The notes under the pieces are model-generated. The model ran no database searches, was not told where the DNA came from, and worked only from the letters and a program-made list of their open reading frames with translations. The translations under genes and the position numbers were made by a program. From Giardia intestinalis (Eukaryota), in the NCBI GenBank assembly GCA_000002435.2, contig CM018793.1: DNA of 64,000 bases. One strand, written 5' to 3'. How positions within the stretch are numbered: position 1 is the first letter of the stretch; each line of letters starts with the position of its first letter. Positions 61,801 to 64,000 of the stretch are shown here, piece by piece.

Positions 61801-63977
61801 CTTGTAAGCCAGCGCATGTCGAAAATAGTGCCAAAGACAGACGATGCGCAAAGTATACCCATGTCCCCGTCCGATAGCTTCTTAGAGTTTCTCAAACCAA
61901 GAAAGCGTCTTAAGATAACCTGATCTATGTCAGGAATCGCGTCTAGAGCAGTCTTGCTATAGCGCGCTTGCGAGCCTGTGATGCCAGAAATACCATACAG
62001 CGTCAGAATCAGCAATTTGATGTTGAGCATTATTGACCCTGATTTCCTCAAGATCTGCTCCACCAAGTCCACCGTATTAACAGATGGGAGTCCTCCCTTT
62101 CCTTCTGGGCCATCTGGCGATAACATGAGGGACTTCAATATAAAGGTTTGTGCCATGTCATCTGGAACTTGATCCAGTAAGATGTAAGACGGGTTAAGCA
62201 AGCGTTTGACTGCTAAGTTGAAGCTGTATGGCCGGGCAAATAGGTCTTTAATCTTTAGCTCTTGGTTGGAATTGCGTGCAGAAGCAGAATATCCTTGAAC
62301 ATAGCTTTGCTTTATACCAGAAGAGAGAACCGATGCCCCTGAGGCGCTGTTGACGCTAGTTGATGAGCGTGCGTCATCAACTGTCGACTGAGCCTGCGTC
62401 TTGGTACTAGCTTGATGAGTGGGAGACTCTTTGGATAGCACCTTGAAGGACGATAAGATCTTTTTTGCTCTGCTGTACTGCTTGCCAGAAACAGGAGAGA
62501 CAGCATCATCCTTTGTATTCGGCGCAGAGTCAGGTGTTCCAGTCCATGAAAAGCTCTCGGGATATATGCAAGGGGAAAGAGACTCACTTAAAATGACATA
62601 AAATCTATCAACATTGAGATTGCCTACGAAAGAATAAAATCTTTTGATGAAGTCCTTACTGCACTCAGAGACTAGGTCGTCGAGAACAAGGACAAAGACA
62701 GATGCACGGGTAAGCACAGAGCGAACCAAAATCCCAAAGACGGACTCATAGTAATCTATGGAGACAGCAGTTTTAATATCATCTAGCTTCCCGCGTATGT
62801 TCATTGCTGCAGCCAGAGATGGTAGAACAAAGGGTAACTTAGCTAGTATACTGGGATTCATCTTTTCTCCGATGCTACTGAGCAAGGGCTTGTCATCTAA
62901 CCTAGCGATATACCTAGCAAGATAGAGATCTATCAAATGAAACTCACCGTCGAACTCAATGTACGAGTGTGTGAGCTTGCACTTTATATCATCTTCTGTG
63001 AGATACAACATGGGCGACAATTCTGGGCCTGAAATACAAGACAGCACATCACCATTATCCTCTGTTTGTATGTGACTTTCAAATCGCTTCAGTTGCTCGG
63101 GTGTTTCAATTTCTTGCATACTTTTAGGCAACTCCCTAATCAGGTGTGAAGTTGTGTGACACATTCTGTAGTAGGTAGCATCGCATGTGTAAAGGTTGCG
63201 CTCATCATCAAACGCAAAAGAGCTAGAGATTTGCTTGAAAGGCACATAAAGGCAGAAGCCGAGCAGGCTATCTCTGACTATACGCATTAGGTCCCCAAGC
63301 AACACAGACCTGCCAGATCCCCGTAGGCCAGCCAAGCAGCAAATCTTTTTCAGAGGTCGAGCTGCACACTGGGTCTTAGTTGAAGAATAGGCAAATAAGT
63401 TTTGCTGAAGGGCCGGAGTCTCCTTTTTTATATTTTCGAACGCTAACATTGCTTTTCTAGTGGCTAAAATGTCATATATCTCTGGAAGCTCTACCGAATA
63501 ATGGGACGCCGTATAGCACTCGACTACATAGTTAGTATCTGTCTTGAAAAGAGCTCGACGAAATTCAACCGGAAAAGTCTCTGAAATGTTCTTCAGTATT
63601 GCTTGAATGTGTATGTCATTGAATGAGAGCCGTATGGAGAGCATTCTCTTCACCATCACCTCAGAGGATAGAGGGTTTATGGGCATGTTCTTAGGTAAGG
63701 ATGCCTCGAGAAGCATTGCTGGGTTTGCGTTGACCGCCTTCCAATAATTCAAAATGTCAGTGTGAGCCTCTGCTGCAGAAAGATAGATCCGAGACTCTGA
63801 AAGGCACAGCAGGCGTAAGATAAACTCGTTGCAGAATGGACCCAAGCTGTACTGCTGGAGCTTCTTGAGCGCGTCCTCCCTTGCTCGTCTCCACCCCGGT
63901 TCTGCGTCATGATATTTCAGTGAGAACGGGGAGGGTGGACACTCTTGCGTGAGAAGCTTGTAGAGGAAAAACCCCAT
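58878..63977 (-). CDS. Large STAND-like P-loop NTPase followed by a long alpha-helical (TPR/HEAT-like) region, at least 1699 aa, probably 5'-partial at the window edge
   Basis: Walker A-like CCLAGLRGSGRSVLL (GxxxxGRS, Arg replacing the canonical Lys) and Walker B VFVLVLDDL about 240 aa downstream. A long helical remainder follows. The frame stays open upstream of the first ATG up to nt 64000. Confidence 0.65.
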   Translation of the reverse strand: MGFFLYKLLTQECPPSPFSLKYHDAEPGWRRAREDALKKLQQYSLGPFCNEFILRLLCLSESRIYLSAAEAHTDILNYWKAVNANPAMLLEASLPKNMPINPLSSEVMVKRMLSIRLSFNDIHIQAILKNISETFPVEFRRALFKTDTNYVVECYTASHYSVELPEIYDILATRKAMLAFENIKKETPALQQNLFAYSSTKTQCAARPLKKICCLAGLRGSGRSVLLGDLMRIVRDSLLGFCLYVPFKQISSSFAFDDERNLYTCDATYYRMCHTTSHLIRELPKSMQEIETPEQLKRFESHIQTEDNGDVLSCISGPELSPMLYLTEDDIKCKLTHSYIEFDGEFHLIDLYLARYIARLDDKPLLSSIGEKMNPSILAKLPFVLPSLAAAMNIRGKLDDIKTAVSIDYYESVFGILVRSVLTRASVFVLVLDDLVSECSKDFIKRFYSFVGNLNVDRFYVILSESLSPCIYPESFSWTGTPDSAPNTKDDAVSPVSGKQYSRAKKILSSFKVLSKESPTHQASTKTQAQSTVDDARSSTSVNSASGASVLSSGIKQSYVQGYSASARNSNQELKIKDLFARPYSFNLAVKRLLNPSYILLDQVPDDMAQTFILKSLMLSPDGPEGKGGLPSVNTVDLVEQILRKSGSIMLNIKLLILTLYGISGITGSQARYSKTALDAIPDIDQVILRRFLGLRNSKKLSDGDMGILCASSVFGTIFDMRWLTSALNYSNDDVILTSLTELSNMHLISCAPQFVQLRHPLYAQGGADHGVDLAHNPYNPNKSTNRIGYIFLFNNISLCKVLEESFTSGMSQKLFLIALYLRKRWIARDSVLERKSDLKPSLYIRNYDPRELETGELIRKLHLDFVSLLRASGKAADVSLNDLQINKASLSLRIALRTHKTFFFDHNMGVNNWQQQEAFLKQMEADLRTPSTRACLLEQYDGLFVDITKLLKCLNPCASKLLDIYDQYELLRLNTYACDILSKSFADISKYLSMAKSAEHEIWTAMAMLCLNPMERQNWSLSNYKVVAQKRPLLTFKTANSLDLDSLLKCTIGVLSNPNSAHSSPITSGNADALPGKPNALQSLVSKSDPNGTDPTDMIDTMYNETIQVGTDSELTALYNAFPLLFNFTCANSICYSVQSIRFTTRYNLVQSTYVTDKLSNEVYKHYWLGLIWEWTLGMIQSNKPARAVSIAVSMLQKLLGDEAHINAFLPMITMNKSIHRDTIVATLSLLFTTNLVEGNGLKPHPQAAIMVAFDSLKSPSTPYALMQYMKRASLLERSIQKLLFLIFYALFLRDLTELYLSLAAAMVERCLLYGTTIEGIAMIGILAAIAPSYIHELPKAAMFHIVKAVAEMLQLEETKSQKTMGSAERSLQSYNFIPPLLSYIFELTSIHILPHIDQTVRAHLISYKQTIYLLSSDVVENVISQPLALCLYATSAFLSFRNASELETLAFECQVAYNNMVAIKECVFNVCIFVIACCCKYFRIRNEAELLEKDNITFISTQKSEGAPTDDSESTPFTSKGAKAIYKESLPDFDSISILSIQYMRSDATLLPSKLVCSVLLEAYARAGLLVKALYVARRVLQIFPPTSHGFINILTFTRVALVHIAVVDTAVISQRSADYLAQSLLDIIYRSTGFKGAYKRMADVIMAGLSYIRGCHINNVLSILSQHRDLKSNSKPLREQLEEYGARFFLDVLLTT

Positions 63978-64000
63978 TTGGTAAAGGTCTGTAAGTGGGC

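Noticed and set aside
1-64000. CRISPR arrays, prokaryotic operons or defence islands
   Set aside because: The content is eukaryotic (VPS4, Bud32, nucleoporin-like, NEK kinases, Rpr2). No short regularly spaced direct repeats were seen anywhere in the window.

Overview
This window looks like a compact, intron-poor eukaryotic genome, most likely a Giardia-like diplomonad (inference). The reasons are: long open reading frames without introns, intergenic spacers only tens of nucleotides long (for example 11 nt between one stop and the next ATG), A/T-rich tracts immediately upstream of start codons, an AGTAAAT motif over a stop codon, NEK-like kinases fused to ankyrin repeats, a NEK-like pseudokinase, and a cysteine-rich CXXC membrane protein with a C-terminal transmembrane anchor. 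Coding regions are about 40-45% GC. Recognisable genes include the 3' part of VPS4 (ESCRT AAA ATPase), Bud32/PRPK kinase (KEOPS), a TatD-family nuclease with an N-terminal C2H2 finger, an FG-repeat nucleoporin-like protein, an RNase P Rpr2/Rpp21-like subunit, a TPR protein, an ankyrin-repeat NEK-like kinase and a NEK-like pseudokinase. There are also four very large reading frames of unknown function (2059, 3924, 1699 and 1036 aa). The 3924-aa frame encodes a giant multi-pass membrane protein. The 1699-aa frame has a STAND-like P-loop with Arg in place of the Walker A Lys. The most striking structure is a palindrome of about 22.1 kb. Two near-identical inverted-repeat arms of about 9.34 kb each (26250-35590 and 39037-48378) have no convincing coding capacity and contain very GC-rich subdomains up to about 65% GC. 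They flank a unique 3.45-kb spacer that holds only the ankyrin-repeat kinase gene. Each arm carries a tRNA-like element (good T-arm, acceptor and D-arm, but an aberrant or intron-bearing anticodon region) about 0.8 kb from its inner end. I found no rRNA, CRISPR or obviously intact transposon.
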